A DNA stretch of 64,000 bases from an uncultured Chthonomonadaceae bacterium. Its GTDB lineage: Bacteria > Armatimonadota > Chthonomonadetes > Chthonomonadales > Chthonomonadaceae. Shown in pieces: positions 11,138 through 22,140 of the stretch; position 1 is the first letter of the stretch, and the number at the start of each line of letters is the position of its first letter. The notes under the pieces were generated by a model. The model did not search any database, had not been told where the DNA came from, and saw only the letters and a program-made list of their open reading frames with translations. The stretch covers positions 64,001-128,000 of the forward strand of contig CAWIEK010000049.1 of NCBI GenBank assembly GCA_963835065.1. The letters are read 5' to 3'. Made by a program: the position numbers and the translations under genes.

Positions 11138-12154
11138 TTACAAACCTTTGCCGGCGAGGAAGTTGACCAGATCGGCTACACGGCAGGAATAGCCCCACTC
11201 GTTGTCGTACCACGCCACCACTTTGACCAGATTGCCGCCAACCGCAACTGTGTCTACGGCGGAATAAATGGACGAGTGCGTATCGCCCTTCAGGTCGGTG
11301 GACACGAGCGGCAATTCCGTGTAGCGCAGGATACCTTTCATCGGGCCGTCGGCGTATTCTTTGGCAGTGGCGTTGATTTCAGCAATGGTGGCGTCCCGGC
11401 TCAGGACGGCGGTAAAGTCCACGACGGAAACCGTTGGGGTCGGGACGCGGAAGGCCATGCCGTTGAACTTGCCCTGCAGTTCGGGGATGACAAGTCCCAC
11501 GGCGCGGGCGGCTCCGGTTGCAGACGGAACGATGTTTTGGGCGGCGGCGCGGGCGTCGCGCAGGTCGTCTTTGGCTGCCGTGTCCTGCAACTTCTGGGAG
11601 TTGGTATAAGCGTGAACCGTTGTCAGCAGCCCTTTTTCGATCCCGAAGCGGTCATTGAGCAGCTTGGCGACGGGCGCGAGGCCGTTCGTGGTACAGCTCG
11701 CGTTGCTGACGACATGATGCTTGGCGGGATCGTACATATTTTCATTGACGCCGAGTACGATTGTCAGGTCTTCTTTTTTGGCGGGCGCAGAAATTACCAC
11801 TTTTTTCACGCCATGTTCGCGGTGCGCGACGGCTTTGGTGGCGTCGGTGAAAAAGCCGGTAGACTCGATTACGATGTCGGCTCCCACGCTGTCCCACGCA
11901 ATGTCGCCCGGATTGCGCTCGGCAAACACTTTGATGGTTTTGCCGTTGACGATAAAGTTGTTTTCCTCAACGGACACGTCGCCTTTGAACGGGCCATACG
12001 TGGAATCGAATTGAAACAGGTGCGCGTTGGTCTTGCTGTCGGTGAGATCGTTGACGGCAACGACTTCAATGTCGTTGGGGTAGCGCTCCAGAATAGTGCG
12101 CAGGGTCAGGCGTCCGATGCGCCCGAAGCCATTGATGCCTACTTTGACTGCCAT
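11138..12154 (-). CDS. gap: Type I glyceraldehyde-3-phosphate dehydrogenase
   Basis: GINGFGRIGR, SNASCTTN, WYDNEWGYS. Confidence 0.98.
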   Translation of the reverse strand: MAVKVGINGFGRIGRLTLRTILERYPNDIEVVAVNDLTDSKTNAHLFQFDSTYGPFKGDVSVEENNFIVNGKTIKVFAERNPGDIAWDSVGADIVIESTGFFTDATKAVAHREHGVKKVVISAPAKKEDLTIVLGVNENMYDPAKHHVVSNASCTTNGLAPVAKLLNDRFGIEKGLLTTVHAYTNSQKLQDTAAKDDLRDARAAAQNIVPSATGAARAVGLVIPELQGKFNGMAFRVPTPTVSVVDFTAVLSRDATIAEINATAKEYADGPMKGILRYTELPLVSTDLKGDTHSSIYSAVDTVAVGGNLVKVVAWYDNEWGYSCRVADLVNFLAGKGL

Positions 12155-12373
12155 AGTGAAGGGATTCTCCTTGTGTTTTCATCCTCATCCGGCGTCATTG
12201 CCTTCGAGGGCAAAGGGATTTGCCGGATCGTCGGTGAAAATGTGCAGGGCGGTGTGGTTGCGAAAAAGACACTTCCCGCCTCTTTGTATGTGTATTGTCC
12301 GTGTTTATTCTAGCATTTTCGGCAATTCAGCGTCAACTAAGCGTCCACAACGATTTGGAAGGAGAAGAGAATC

Positions 12374-13211
12374 ATGCGACTTGGCGGCCCAATTTTTGGG
12401 GATACGTCCACGCCGGAAAAGTGGATTGCGCTTGTGCGTGAAAAGGGCTATCGAGCGGCTTACTGCCCGGTGAAAGCGGATGCAAGCGCAGAGGTGATTG
12501 CCGCGTATGCGCAGGCGGCGCGGGAAGCGGATATTGTGATTGCCGAAGTGGGCGCGTGGAGCAATCCCATCAGCCCGGATGAAGACACGCGCCAGAAAGC
12601 CATCGCGCACTGTCAGGCGCAGCTGCGTTTGGCGGATCAAATCGGGGCGCTTGTGCTGCGTCAACATCGCCGGTTCACGCAATCTGGAACAATGGGACGG
12701 CCCGCACCCCGACAATCTCACGGCAGAAACCTTTGACCTGATTGTGGAAACAACGCGGACGATTATTGACGCTGCGCAGCCGACACGCGCGTTTTACACG
12801 CTGGAAACCATGCCCTGGGTCTTTCCCGACAGCCCCGACAGCTATCTGCGGCTGATTGAGGCGATTGACCGCCCACAATTTGCCGCGCATCTCGACCCGG
12901 CCAATCTCGTCACCAGCCCCGACAAATTTCTGAACAGCGCGGCGTTTCTAAAAGAGTGCTTTCGCAAATTGGGGCCGTACATCAAATGCTGCCACATCAA
13001 GGATTTAACGCTGTCGGGCAAAATGACGGTGCATATTGATGAAGTTGCGCCCGGCAAAGGCAGTCTGGACTACCACACCCTGCTGCGCGAAGCCGCGCGT
13101 CTGGACGCGGATACCCCCCTTCTGCTGGAACACCTGTCCCGCGCCGACCAGTACGACGAAGCCGCCGCTTATGTGCGCAGCGTAGCGCAGGAACTCGGCT
13201 TGACATTATGA
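12374..13211 (+). CDS. Sugar phosphate isomerase/epimerase (xylose-isomerase-like TIM barrel), frameshift near 12650
   Basis: Two overlapping ORFs join; LETMP, HLDPAN, HIKD, LLLEH metal ligands. Confidence 0.85.
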
Positions 13212-13255
13212 TGCTGTTGTAGAGGGTGTTGTCAATGATGGCGCTTTGTGGACGG

Positions 13256-13874
13256 CTACAGGTTCCAAGCCCGCGCCAAATCCATCCACGACGGAACCGG
13301 GCGCTGCCACAGCCAGTTTACGTTCAGCCATAATCCCGGCAAAACCCGGCTGTGGAAAACGCCATCCGCGCCGACAGGAATCTCTTCATACAGGCCATTT
13401 GCTCCCAAACTGTAGAAACGCGCCTGCTGAACTTCATAATCCACCACCCAGTATTCCGGTACGCCGCCCTGAGCATACTCTTGAAATTTTTCTACCGTGT
13501 CGCGGTAGCGATAGTCAGGGCTGACAACCTCAACGGCAATGTCGCACGGCCCCCGCAAATGGTTGCGCATAAGGCGTTCCCGATTTGCGTTGGCTATAAA
13601 CATCACGTCCGGCGAACGTCCGGGCAGGTTTGGTCCTGATCTTCATGTTGAATGGATCGGCGCGAATGATGCCTGCTTGATGCGCTTGAACCCACATCTG
13701 GAGTAACATCAGAATAAACAAGTTGATTTCACTATGTTCGTCCGAAACCATGCTGATGTCTATGACCTTTCCGTCTACCCACTCGGTACAGTGGTTTTCG
13801 CCTTCATCCTGCAGGTACTCCTCGTAGGTAATGTACCGGGATGGGGAAGATTGTAATCGCGTGTCAATCGCCAT
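13256..13874 (-). CDS. Uma2-family endonuclease, frameshift near 13640
   Basis: TEWVDG, PDVMF, DIAVEVVSP, KFQEYAQGGVPEYWVVD, SRVLPG. Confidence 0.9.
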
Positions 13875-13932
13875 GTTGTATTGCCTCCTGATGCCGTTAC
13901 TGCAAACAATTGGTATGTTCCGGCAATGGTCA

Positions 13933-13959
13933 TTTCCACGACGTGGCAGGTTAATCCTG
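13933..13959 (-). promoter_or_regulatory. SigH/ECF-like promoter motif CAGGA-N14-CGTGGAAA
   Basis: Same motif and spacing as 53357-53383; ~60 bp upstream of Uma2. Confidence 0.45.
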
Positions 13960-14051
13960 TTTACCGAAGACTTGGTTGGCTGTCTGCGCTTGCGATAACG
14001 GTAACGTCACTCCAGGAATACTGTTTTGGCGGCATGGGCATTGCTCCATAG

Positions 14052-14798
14052 TTATCTTTGTTTGTATAACTCTGCGACCAGTTCAATCAACGTGGGCAGT
14101 TGCGCCATATCGGTAATTTTGCCGACGATGCCGGGTGCGGTTTCCACTTGTTTATACGAGAGTAAATCCACTTGGATGGCTTTTGCGCCGAGGGATTGCG
14201 CCCATTCAATCGCTTTCGGGTCGTTGTCAATGATGAGCGCATGATCGGGAGGCAGGTTCAAATCGGCAAAGATGCGGCTGTAAAATTCTTGGCTCTCTTT
14301 GGCGCAATCAATGAGGTCGGGGCCGTAAAAGCGGTCAAAGCAGGTGTCCAGCCCGATGCCGGCAAGCGCGCTGCGCAAATGACCGGAATCATTGCCCGAA
14401 GCCGTATGCAGAGTATAGCCGCGCTGTTTCAAGGTTTGAACTGCTTGTGCCGCGCCGGGAAAGGTCGCGTTGCAGGCTGCCAATGCCTGACGCTGCGTGT
14501 CGCGCGACAATCCTTCGGCATTGGCGGGAACCGGTAAGCCCATGCCGCCGAATACCAACTCCATTGCCTGTCGGTGAATTGTCGCATACCAATCATTATA
14601 GCCGGTCGGGTCGCTGCGAAAGCGGGCAATGTACTGCGCTTCCAGTGCTTCCAGCATGTCAATGCCGCATTTCGCCCACTCCTCCACAGTGCCGCCATAA
14701 ACGGCAGCCAGAACGCTGCCGATGCCACGCACATACTGGAGGTTGAACGGTATCTGTTCGCTCAAGGTATCGTCGAAATCGAAAAACAGCGTGTATAT
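14052..14798 (-). CDS. HAD-family hydrolase, apparent ATA start
   Basis: Motif I LFFDFDDTLS lies upstream of the TTG chosen by the ORF track; HTASGN, K, IIDND motifs. Confidence 0.82.
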   Translation of the reverse strand: MYTLFFDFDDTLSEQIPFNLQYVRGIGSVLAAVYGGTVEEWAKCGIDMLEALEAQYIARFRSDPTGYNDWYATIHRQAMELVFGGMGLPVPANAEGLSRDTQRQALAACNATFPGAAQAVQTLKQRGYTLHTASGNDSGHLRSALAGIGLDTCFDRFYGPDLIDCAKESQEFYSRIFADLNLPPDHALIIDNDPKAIEWAQSLGAKAIQVDLLSYKQVETAPGIVGKITDMAQLPTLIELVAELYKQR

Positions 14799-14934
14799 GG
14801 TGGCCTGCCTTTCAGTAGTAGGTTTTAGGGTTTTAAGGTTTTAGGGTTCTATGGTTTTAGGTTTTGCGTGGTGGGCTGTTACCTGCTCTTGTGGCTGCGC
14901 GAGTTTCGTGGATTCTGTTGTTTGAAGCGCGGCG

Positions 14935-15981
14935 TTACTGGGCGGGGATGATGTACAGGTTGTTTTGATAGAGGAAACTCAAATTGTTGCCGTTGGTCGT
15001 CCAGCGCAGATGGGAAGGGGGCGGGTTCGTTGTGTCACCCATATTTCCTTTTAGCGGGATGCTGCCCAGTTCATGCAGGCTGCTGCCATCCGGCTTGCTG
15101 ATCCAGATGGCAGCCGTATAGGATAGCCTGATGTGCAGCATGGCATAGAGGCTCTGAAGTTTGTTATAGCCCAATGGTATGTGAACGATACCATAAAGCC
15201 AGGCAATTCGATCCCCATGCGGCGACAAAACGGCTTCGCGGTCCAGCGCGTTCGGAGGCCTCGAAATTGTATAATGGCGCGCAGCGGAATCCCGTTCCAG
15301 TGAAAAATCCAACATACGAACCTTGTCGCTGATGAACAACTCTCCATTGTCATAAAACATGGGGAAGTCGTCGGTGGCAAGAACATGATGATCGGGCAAT
15401 GCGCCGAGCAGGGAAAGAAACGGGGAGTCCTCCTCAACGGTGTTGGAGGCGATGGGAACGGCGGCGTCAAGAGAGTACGCGCGCAGCAGTCCGGGGTGCA
15501 TTTTGCCGTTTTCCGGGAAGGGCGCAAGTAATTCAACAAGGCCGGAGTCATCCGGCATCCAGGCGAGATTGGGCAGCCCTTGTCCCGGACTGCGATACAG
15601 CAGCTTGCGGGAACCATCCGTCCGCTCAACGGTAAAAACCGATCCCACGCGGGAATCTTTGTAGGTGAGCGCCCACTGTCCATTGGGAGACAGCAGCACT
15701 CCCCCTGACGGCAGATCGCCCTGTACCACATCCGCGCCGGTGAGGATATTGCGGCGCATCACCTGATTCGCGCCCGCCTTTTGCATCGGCATGAGATACA
15801 AAAACTCATTGTCATTAAGCCAGAAGTAACAATTATTCGCGGCGGAAAAACTCTGCGGCATGGAAATTTTGCGCGCATGATCCAGCAGCGAAGGCTCGTG
15901 CCGCAGCATCCGCCACAAGCCGCCAATAGCGACAACGCTCAGGAGCAGCACGACAAGCAAACGCCTTTTATCTGAAAACAT
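14935..15981 (-). CDS. Membrane-anchored TolB/WD40-like beta-propeller protein
   Basis: N-terminal TM; LSPNGQW, WMPDDS, LSPHGDRIAW, IWISKPDGS, WTTNG blades. Confidence 0.65.
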   Translation of the reverse strand: MFSDKRRLLVVLLLSVVAIGGLWRMLRHEPSLLDHARKISMPQSFSAANNCYFWLNDNEFLYLMPMQKAGANQVMRRNILTGADVVQGDLPSGGVLLSPNGQWALTYKDSRVGSVFTVERTDGSRKLLYRSPGQGLPNLAWMPDDSGLVELLAPFPENGKMHPGLLRAYSLDAAVPIASNTVEEDSPFLSLLGALPDHHVLATDDFPMFYDNGELFISDKVRMLDFSLERDSAARHYTISRPPNALDREAVLSPHGDRIAWLYGIVHIPLGYNKLQSLYAMLHIRLSYTAAIWISKPDGSSLHELGSIPLKGNMGDTTNPPPSHLRWTTNGNNLSFLYQNNLYIIPAQ

Positions 15982-16190
15982 GGCACTGCTCCTGTTTCTC
16001 TCATGACCGAACATCGTACAAGCCGGTCAAAGGTTCCGCGCGCCAGAGTACCGCCTCGTAATTTTCAGGCGCGTAACCCAGTATTGCAGTTGCAACTTGC
16101 TTGGCCTGTATTTCGTAGGGACGTTCTGTAATTGAAAAACGATTTGCGCATTTGACCGAATGCGCGTTGCTTCCAGAGTATCCCGCGCTA

Positions 16191-16484
16191 TCATGCTTGT
16201 GGCCCATTGTTGCGCGTAGGCGGCATAGGAACGCCAATCACAAGTGTAATCTGTGTGGGATCAATTGGTTGCGTATGCGTCAGTTGAATGGGGCCATTCT
16301 CCTCTTCATATTGACGTAACAACTCCCGGTCACGCGCTTCTTCTTCGGGCGTAAATTGTGGTTTCGCATTTGCAGGGAGAAAATCTGTCTCCTCATCAGG
16401 GAAAGGCAAGGTTGTTGTTGGGAACAAGGTAGGTTTTAACTTCGATTGTGTCATGGCCTCTCTCCACTTTTCATCTGTTGTCAT
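16191..16484 (-). CDS. Hypothetical protein (97 aa, P/T/E-rich)
   Basis: ORF in an AT-richer intergenic segment; no recognised motif. Confidence 0.45.
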   Translation of the reverse strand: MTTDEKWREAMTQSKLKPTLFPTTTLPFPDEETDFLPANAKPQFTPEEEARDRELLRQYEEENGPIQLTHTQPIDPTQITLVIGVPMPPTRNNGPQA

Positions 16485-16634
16485 TATAACACTGGTTAGG
16501 CTATGTACGCAATCAGAGCGGATTGACTCTATGTGGTTACTTTGAAAATTTCTGTTACAAATGGCTGGATTCCGGTTCGTAAATAGTAGCCTTGAACTTC
16601 CATTTTGCCTTCTTGCTGGAATCTAAATATTTTG

Positions 16635-19227
16635 ATGAAACCTTCTACGCCGCTTGCTTCCCTGCTGTGCGCCGCGCTTGCTGTGGGCGCGCTGTCCTTG
16701 CTGCCATCCCGCATGGCCGCGCAATCCCGCCGCGAACATACGCCTGCCCGCGCTGCAGTCACGCCTGCCGCGCCTGCGTCTTCTGTTGGCGGGGCAACGC
16801 TGCGCATACTGCCTGCTTCCCTTGCCTTGCGCAATCCCTACGATGAGCGCCGCGCGTTGGTGGAAGCGCAAAGTCCGGCCCACGCTGCGCAGGATGTCAG
16901 CGGCAAGGCCGAACTGCGCCTGCTCGACCCGCGTATTGCTACCGTAGACGCCAACGGCATTGTGCGTCCCGCGCAAAACGGGCAAACGGTTCTCATCGCC
17001 CGCTGGGGGAATAAGGAAGCGCGGGTTCCGGTTGTCGTGTCGGGCATGAAGAACGCCGCTACGCCCCGCTTTGTTTCCGATGTGATGCCCGTGCTGACCC
17101 ATGCCGGCTGTAATCAGGGCGCGTGTCACGGCGCGGCATCCGGTAAAGGCGGCTTCAAAGTTGTCGCTTCTCGGTTATGACCCGGATGCGGATTACCTGG
17201 CGATTTCGCGCGCCAACTGGGGCCGGCGCGTGTCCGTCGCGCAGCCGGAACAAAGCCTGCTCCTGCGCAAGCCCACATTAGCCGTCGCGCACCGGGGCGG
17301 CAAGCGATTGGATGCGGGCGACGCGGATTACCGCCTGCTGCGCGATTGGATTAAAGCCGGCATGTCGGCTCCCAACCCCAAAGAGCCTGCCGTTGCCAAA
17401 TTGGAAATGACGCCTTCCGAGCGCACTTTAGGTATTGGAAGTGAACAACGCTTTGCCGTTGCGGCCACGTATGCCGACGGCAGCAAGCGCGACGTGACCG
17501 CCCAAACCCTCTTTACCGCCAGCGACGAAACGGTTGCCACCGTGACACCCGGCGGCGAAGCCAAAGTGACCGGCAACGGCGAAGGCGCCATTATCGTGCG
17601 CTATCAGGGACTCGTCGGCACGGCGAGGGTTATTTCGCCTTACGGACAGGCAGCAGGAAACAAAAAAGAAGAAGAGAAGAAGAGAAGAAAAGAAGAGGGG
17701 ACAGCAAAGACACAATCAGCAATCGGCAATGGAAAATCGGTGATCGAAAATCGGCAATCGAAAATCGACAATCTCGTGAACGTCAAACTAACGGCGCTTG
17801 GGCTGGAACCGTCGGCGCGGTGTTCGGATTCGGACTTTGTACGGCGGGCGTATCTGGATGTGACGGGGCGGATACCGAGTGGGGAAGAAGCGCGAGCGTT
17901 TTTGACGGATGAGGCAAAGGACAAGCGCGACAAACTGATTGACGCGCTGCTGGCATCGCCGGAATACGTGGATTTCTGGACGCTGAAATGGGGCGATATT
18001 CTGCGCTGCTCGCGGCAAAAACTGGCGACCAAAGGCATGTACGCCTATCACGACTGGATACGGCAAAGCGTGGCCGACAACAAGCCCTGGGATAAGTTTG
18101 CGCGCGAGTTAGTGCTGGCGCAGGGCAGCGCGTTCCAGAACGGAGCCGCCAATTACTACCGCACGGCAGCCGGGCCGCAGGAACTGGCGGAAACCACGTC
18201 TGAGATTTTTCTTGGTGTTCGCATTGCCTGCGCGCGGTGCCACAACCACCCGTATGAGAAGTGGACGCAAAACCAGTATTACCAGATGTCGGCGTTTTTT
18301 GCGCGCGTCGGCTCCAAACCCGGCGAGCGTCCGGGCGAGTCCGTGATTGTCGCCGTGTCTGCCGGGGACGTGCGTCATCCGAAAACGCAGAAAGTAGTCG
18401 CGCCCTGCGCTCTGGACGCCAAAGCCGTTCCCGACGCGGAAGGGCTGGACCGCCGACAGGTTCTGGCGGATTGGCTCACGTCGCCGCAAAACCCGTTTTT
18501 TGCCCACGCGGTTGTCAACCGGATTTGGAAGCACTATATGGGCGTGGGCTTTGTGGAACCCGTTGACGATCTCCGCGCCACAAACCCGCCCTCCAATGCC
18601 GCTCTTTACGACTGGCTGGCAACGGATTTGGCGCAAAACCATTTCGATTTGAAACGCCTGATGCGCAACATCCTGCGCTCGGAAGCCTACCAGCGCTCAC
18701 CGGAACCCACGCGCAACAACATCCGCGATACCCGCTATTATTCGCATTTCGGCTTCAAGCGGTTGAGCGCGGAACAGATGCTCGACGCGATTGCAAGCGC
18801 GACGGGGGTAGGGGATAAGTTCGACGGCTACCCGATGGGAACCCGCGCCTGCGAACTGCCGGATACGGGTGTCGCCTCCTACTTCCTCGACCTGTTCGGA
18901 CGGCCCGCCCGCAGCATCACCTGCGAATGTGAGCGTTCCGACATGCCGACATTGGGACAGATGCTGCACCTGATGAACGATGTCGGCCTGAACGCGCGGC
19001 TGGCGTCGAAAACCGGGCGCGTGACCATGCTGATTGACTCCAAAACCTCGGACGCGAAAATGGTGGAGGACTTGTATCTCAGCGCCCTGTCCCGCTTCCC
19101 CACTACGGAAGAAAAGACAAAGGCAATTAAGGTTTTGTCCACATCGCTGCCCGCGAACCGACAGAAAACGACGGAAGACCTGCTCTGGGCGCTGCTCAAC
19201 TCCAAAGAGTTCGTGTTCAACCATTAA
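16635..19227 (+). CDS. DUF1549/DUF1553 (planctomycete PSD1-type) secreted protein with Ig-like domains, frameshift near 17160
   Basis: GCNQGACHG, FVRRAYLDVTG, CARCHNHP, VNRIWKHYMGVG, LFGRP..CECER, LLNSKEFVFNH. Confidence 0.9.
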
Positions 19228-19370
19228 GCCACTCGCCTGAGTTGGCTTGATGCAAGCACATCTGCTTCGTTTGCAAGGACTTGAGGAGAGGTCTATCAAA
19301 GCGGCTGTGTGCCAAACGCAAAAAGGCCATGTACGGGCAGGCTGCACGTACATGGCTTCAGCAAAATCCT

Positions 19371-19817
19371 TTAATTCTCCGGTTCCAGCGCGAACAGGGG
19401 CTGACCGTACTCGACAAATTGCCCCGCTTCCACGAACACTTCCACCACTTTCCCCGCGCAGGTCGCCGTCACATCATTGGGCAATTTCATCGCCTCAATA
19501 ATGCCGATTACCTGTCCTGCTTTCACCAATGCGCCCAATTCCACAGGCAGTTTCGCCGTCCGAAATGTGCCGACAAGCGGCGATGTTACCGATACCGTGC
19601 CATCCGTTTCCGGCAATTCCCCGCCCGCGCCATTTCCATTCGCGCTGGCATCCCCCGCTTCCACCTCGTCGCCACCCGGCGTTGTATTCTCGGCAGGTTC
19701 AGAACCATTCGGCGCTTTGCGGATAGTCACGCGCGCCCCGTTGTGCCGGAGCGTCAGTTCGTGGATATTCGCGCCCTGCACCAGCAGGACAAGTTGTTCA
19801 AGTTCGGAGACGTTCAT
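19371..19817 (-). CDS. accB: Biotin carboxyl carrier protein
   Basis: VTSPLVGTF, IIEAMK, VEYGQPLF. Confidence 0.88.
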   Translation of the reverse strand: MNVSELEQLVLLVQGANIHELTLRHNGARVTIRKAPNGSEPAENTTPGGDEVEAGDASANGNGAGGELPETDGTVSVTSPLVGTFRTAKLPVELGALVKAGQVIGIIEAMKLPNDVTATCAGKVVEVFVEAGQFVEYGQPLFALEPEN

Positions 19818-19825
19818 AGTCAGAA

Positions 19826-19946
19826 GTAGACGGTAGACGGTAGACGGTAGACGGTAGAAACATCTTTTGCGCACATCACTGCTTTATTAGCGCCAATTCA
19901 ACGTTTCCATCTCCTACTGTCTACCGTCTACCGTCTACCGTCTACC
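19826..19946. repeat. Inverted pair of heptamer arrays (GGTAGAC)n ... (GTCTACC)n
   Basis: 4-5 tandem units on each arm, in opposite orientation. Confidence 0.9.
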
Positions 19947-19949
19947 TCC

Positions 19950-21167
19950 TCAGATTTTAATTTGAAACATACAGTATTCCAGAAACCGCAGCGCCCACGT
20001 CATAATCAGCAGTGTGACCACCATGATGAGAATGGCGGAAATGGGCAGGGAGCCGTTGACATCCATGCTCAATTGCGAGTGTCCGGGCTTGATGCTGTCA
20101 CCGGTAAAGTTCAAGTGCCCGATGAGTTTATCGAGCGCGGTCAGCGCGCCCGTCAGCACTTCTTTGAGATTCTCGAAATTCAGGAATACCATTATCGGAA
20201 TGGCGATGGTGACGAGCGGCGAGGCTAGTCCGTATTTTTGACGCTGATGCTCGTTGTAAATCACGCAGTTACGGCAGCGTTCGCGCTTTTGCCCTTCGGT
20301 CAGGTGCGGGTTGGTCGGGATGCGAACGCCGCGCGGCCCGGCTTTGGTGGGTATGTTGGGACGCGCCGCCTTCTCGCTGTTGGTAATCAGATCGCCGATA
20401 GGTACGAAACCCGCGCTTTGGGTCATATCAATAGGCTTGTTTTCGTCGCCGCCGGCGGCAAGGCGCAGAACGTTTTCCTCGCACATGCAGCCGACGCGCT
20501 GTTTCCAGCACTTCGTTCGCGCATGGTAAATGGGACATTTCACCCGGATACCTTCGCGGCAGAACGGCAACTGCCAGCATTTGGCAAACGCGCCGATTAA
20601 GGCGCCGCGCACTTCCTCCTGTGCCACGTCCTTGCCATAATTCATGTTGGCAAGGTCAACGCCCATCCGCGCATCACGGATACGCTGAATCATGTTCCAC
20701 AGGAACAGCAGGACGCCCGGTACGCCGATGAACGTCGCCGACTGCTTGATCTCCTGCATCGTGGCTTTCGCCGCGTCGCCGTTCACAAGGTTTCCTGATT
20801 GCGACCCCAGGTAGTCCAGCAGAAACTGAAGCCCGAACGCGAGAAAAGCCGCTACGACCAGCATGATGATGGCCGTCGCTTCATTCTCGTAAAACAGCAG
20901 GACGCCGCAGCCCAATGTCACCAGCAGGCTGATGTTAAGAATATTGGACGTGCTTTGTACCAGTTGAATCGCGTGAAGCCGGATTTCATGCGTAGTGTTG
21001 GCCTGTGCCAGCGCGCCGGAAAACAGGCCGTACAGCAGGTAGCCGAACGCGCCGACTGTCACGATTAAAGCAATTATAAACACCTTCGCCAGAATGTCAA
21101 TGACCGCCTGGGGAAGAAAATTTTCGGAAGAACCGTCCGCATGTGTAATGGTTGGCAAGGGAATCAC
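19950..21167 (-). CDS. Multi-TM membrane protein with cytoplasmic Cys-rich (two-CW-like) domain
   Basis: ~6 hydrophobic segments; KCWQLPFC..KCPIY..KCWKQRVGCMC..CRNCVIY. Confidence 0.8.
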   Translation of the reverse strand: MIPLPTITHADGSSENFLPQAVIDILAKVFIIALIVTVGAFGYLLYGLFSGALAQANTTHEIRLHAIQLVQSTSNILNISLLVTLGCGVLLFYENEATAIIMLVVAAFLAFGLQFLLDYLGSQSGNLVNGDAAKATMQEIKQSATFIGVPGVLLFLWNMIQRIRDARMGVDLANMNYGKDVAQEEVRGALIGAFAKCWQLPFCREGIRVKCPIYHARTKCWKQRVGCMCEENVLRLAAGGDENKPIDMTQSAGFVPIGDLITNSEKAARPNIPTKAGPRGVRIPTNPHLTEGQKRERCRNCVIYNEHQRQKYGLASPLVTIAIPIMVFLNFENLKEVLTGALTALDKLIGHLNFTGDSIKPGHSQLSMDVNGSLPISAILIMVVTLLIMTWALRFLEYCMFQIKI

Positions 21168-21281
21168 CTGTTTCTACACGGCGCGGAAACTTTCTCCGCG
21201 CCTTCATAGGCAGAACAATAAAACGAACAGGCGCATGCGGCAAGGTCCTGATGCAATCGGAGGTTTCAGAGGCTCCGGGGA

Positions 21282-21848
21282 TTACTTGACGCGCTCCAGA
21301 TAGGTGTCAGAACGAGTATCAACCTTGACTTTATCGCCAATGTTGACGAAGAAGGGAACGTTAATCACCGCGCCGGTTTCCAGCGTGGCGGGCTTGGAGC
21401 CGCCCGAAGCGGTATCGCCCTTTACGCCCGGATCGGTATCCGTGACTTCCAATTCCATGAAGTTGGGAACTTCACAACTCAGGATTCTGCCGTCGTGTTC
21501 CACGACATTCACTTCCATACCGTCTTTGAGGTACTTGATGCCGTCGCCGAATGTGACTTTGCTGACGCTGGCTTGCTCGAAGGTTTCCGGGTGCATCAGG
21601 ACGTATTCATCATCCTGATGGTACAAAAACTGCATCGTGTGGCGGTCCAGAATCGCCTGCTCAAACTTTTCGCCCGCATTGAACGTGCGCTCTACCGTCG
21701 CGCCCGAACGCAGGTTGCGGAACTTGGTTCGCATCACCGCGCCGCCCTTGCCGGGCTTGTGGTGCTGAAACCAGATGATGGTGCATATATCGCCATCGAG
21801 AATAAACGAGAGGCCGTTTTTGAAGTCGGCGGTATCTACTTTGGGCAC
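21282..21848 (-). CDS. efp: Elongation factor P
   Basis: HHKPGKGGA, PGVKGDTASGGSKPATLETG; GTG start after GGAGG. Confidence 0.97.
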   Translation of the reverse strand: MPKVDTADFKNGLSFILDGDICTIIWFQHHKPGKGGAVMRTKFRNLRSGATVERTFNAGEKFEQAILDRHTMQFLYHQDDEYVLMHPETFEQASVSKVTFGDGIKYLKDGMEVNVVEHDGRILSCEVPNFMELEVTDTDPGVKGDTASGGSKPATLETGAVINVPFFVNIGDKVKVDTRSDTYLERVK

Positions 21849-22140
21849 GGTTGCTTCCTCCCGCAAGCGTCCTTGCCTGCTGCAATGGACAGTTCCCCTA
21901 CGGAAACGGCTTGCCGAATGATTTCACATTTTCGTGCCATTATAGCATAAACGTCCGCCCCTTCGCAACCGAGCAGGCATTGCAATCAACGCCGTCAACT
22001 TGCCGCCTGCCGGTCTTGTCAACGTATTTGACGGAACAAACCTGAAAAAGTTACGTAGAGTTTTGTTGCCTATGTGTTGATAGGTGTTAAACCTCGTATT
22101 GCCGTTTAACCGCGCTCTTTTCAGGTAGGCAACTATTCTC

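Noticed and set aside
19826..19946. Short tandem arrays as CRISPR repeats
   Set aside because: Units are 7-10 bp with no unique spacers, and no cas genes are present
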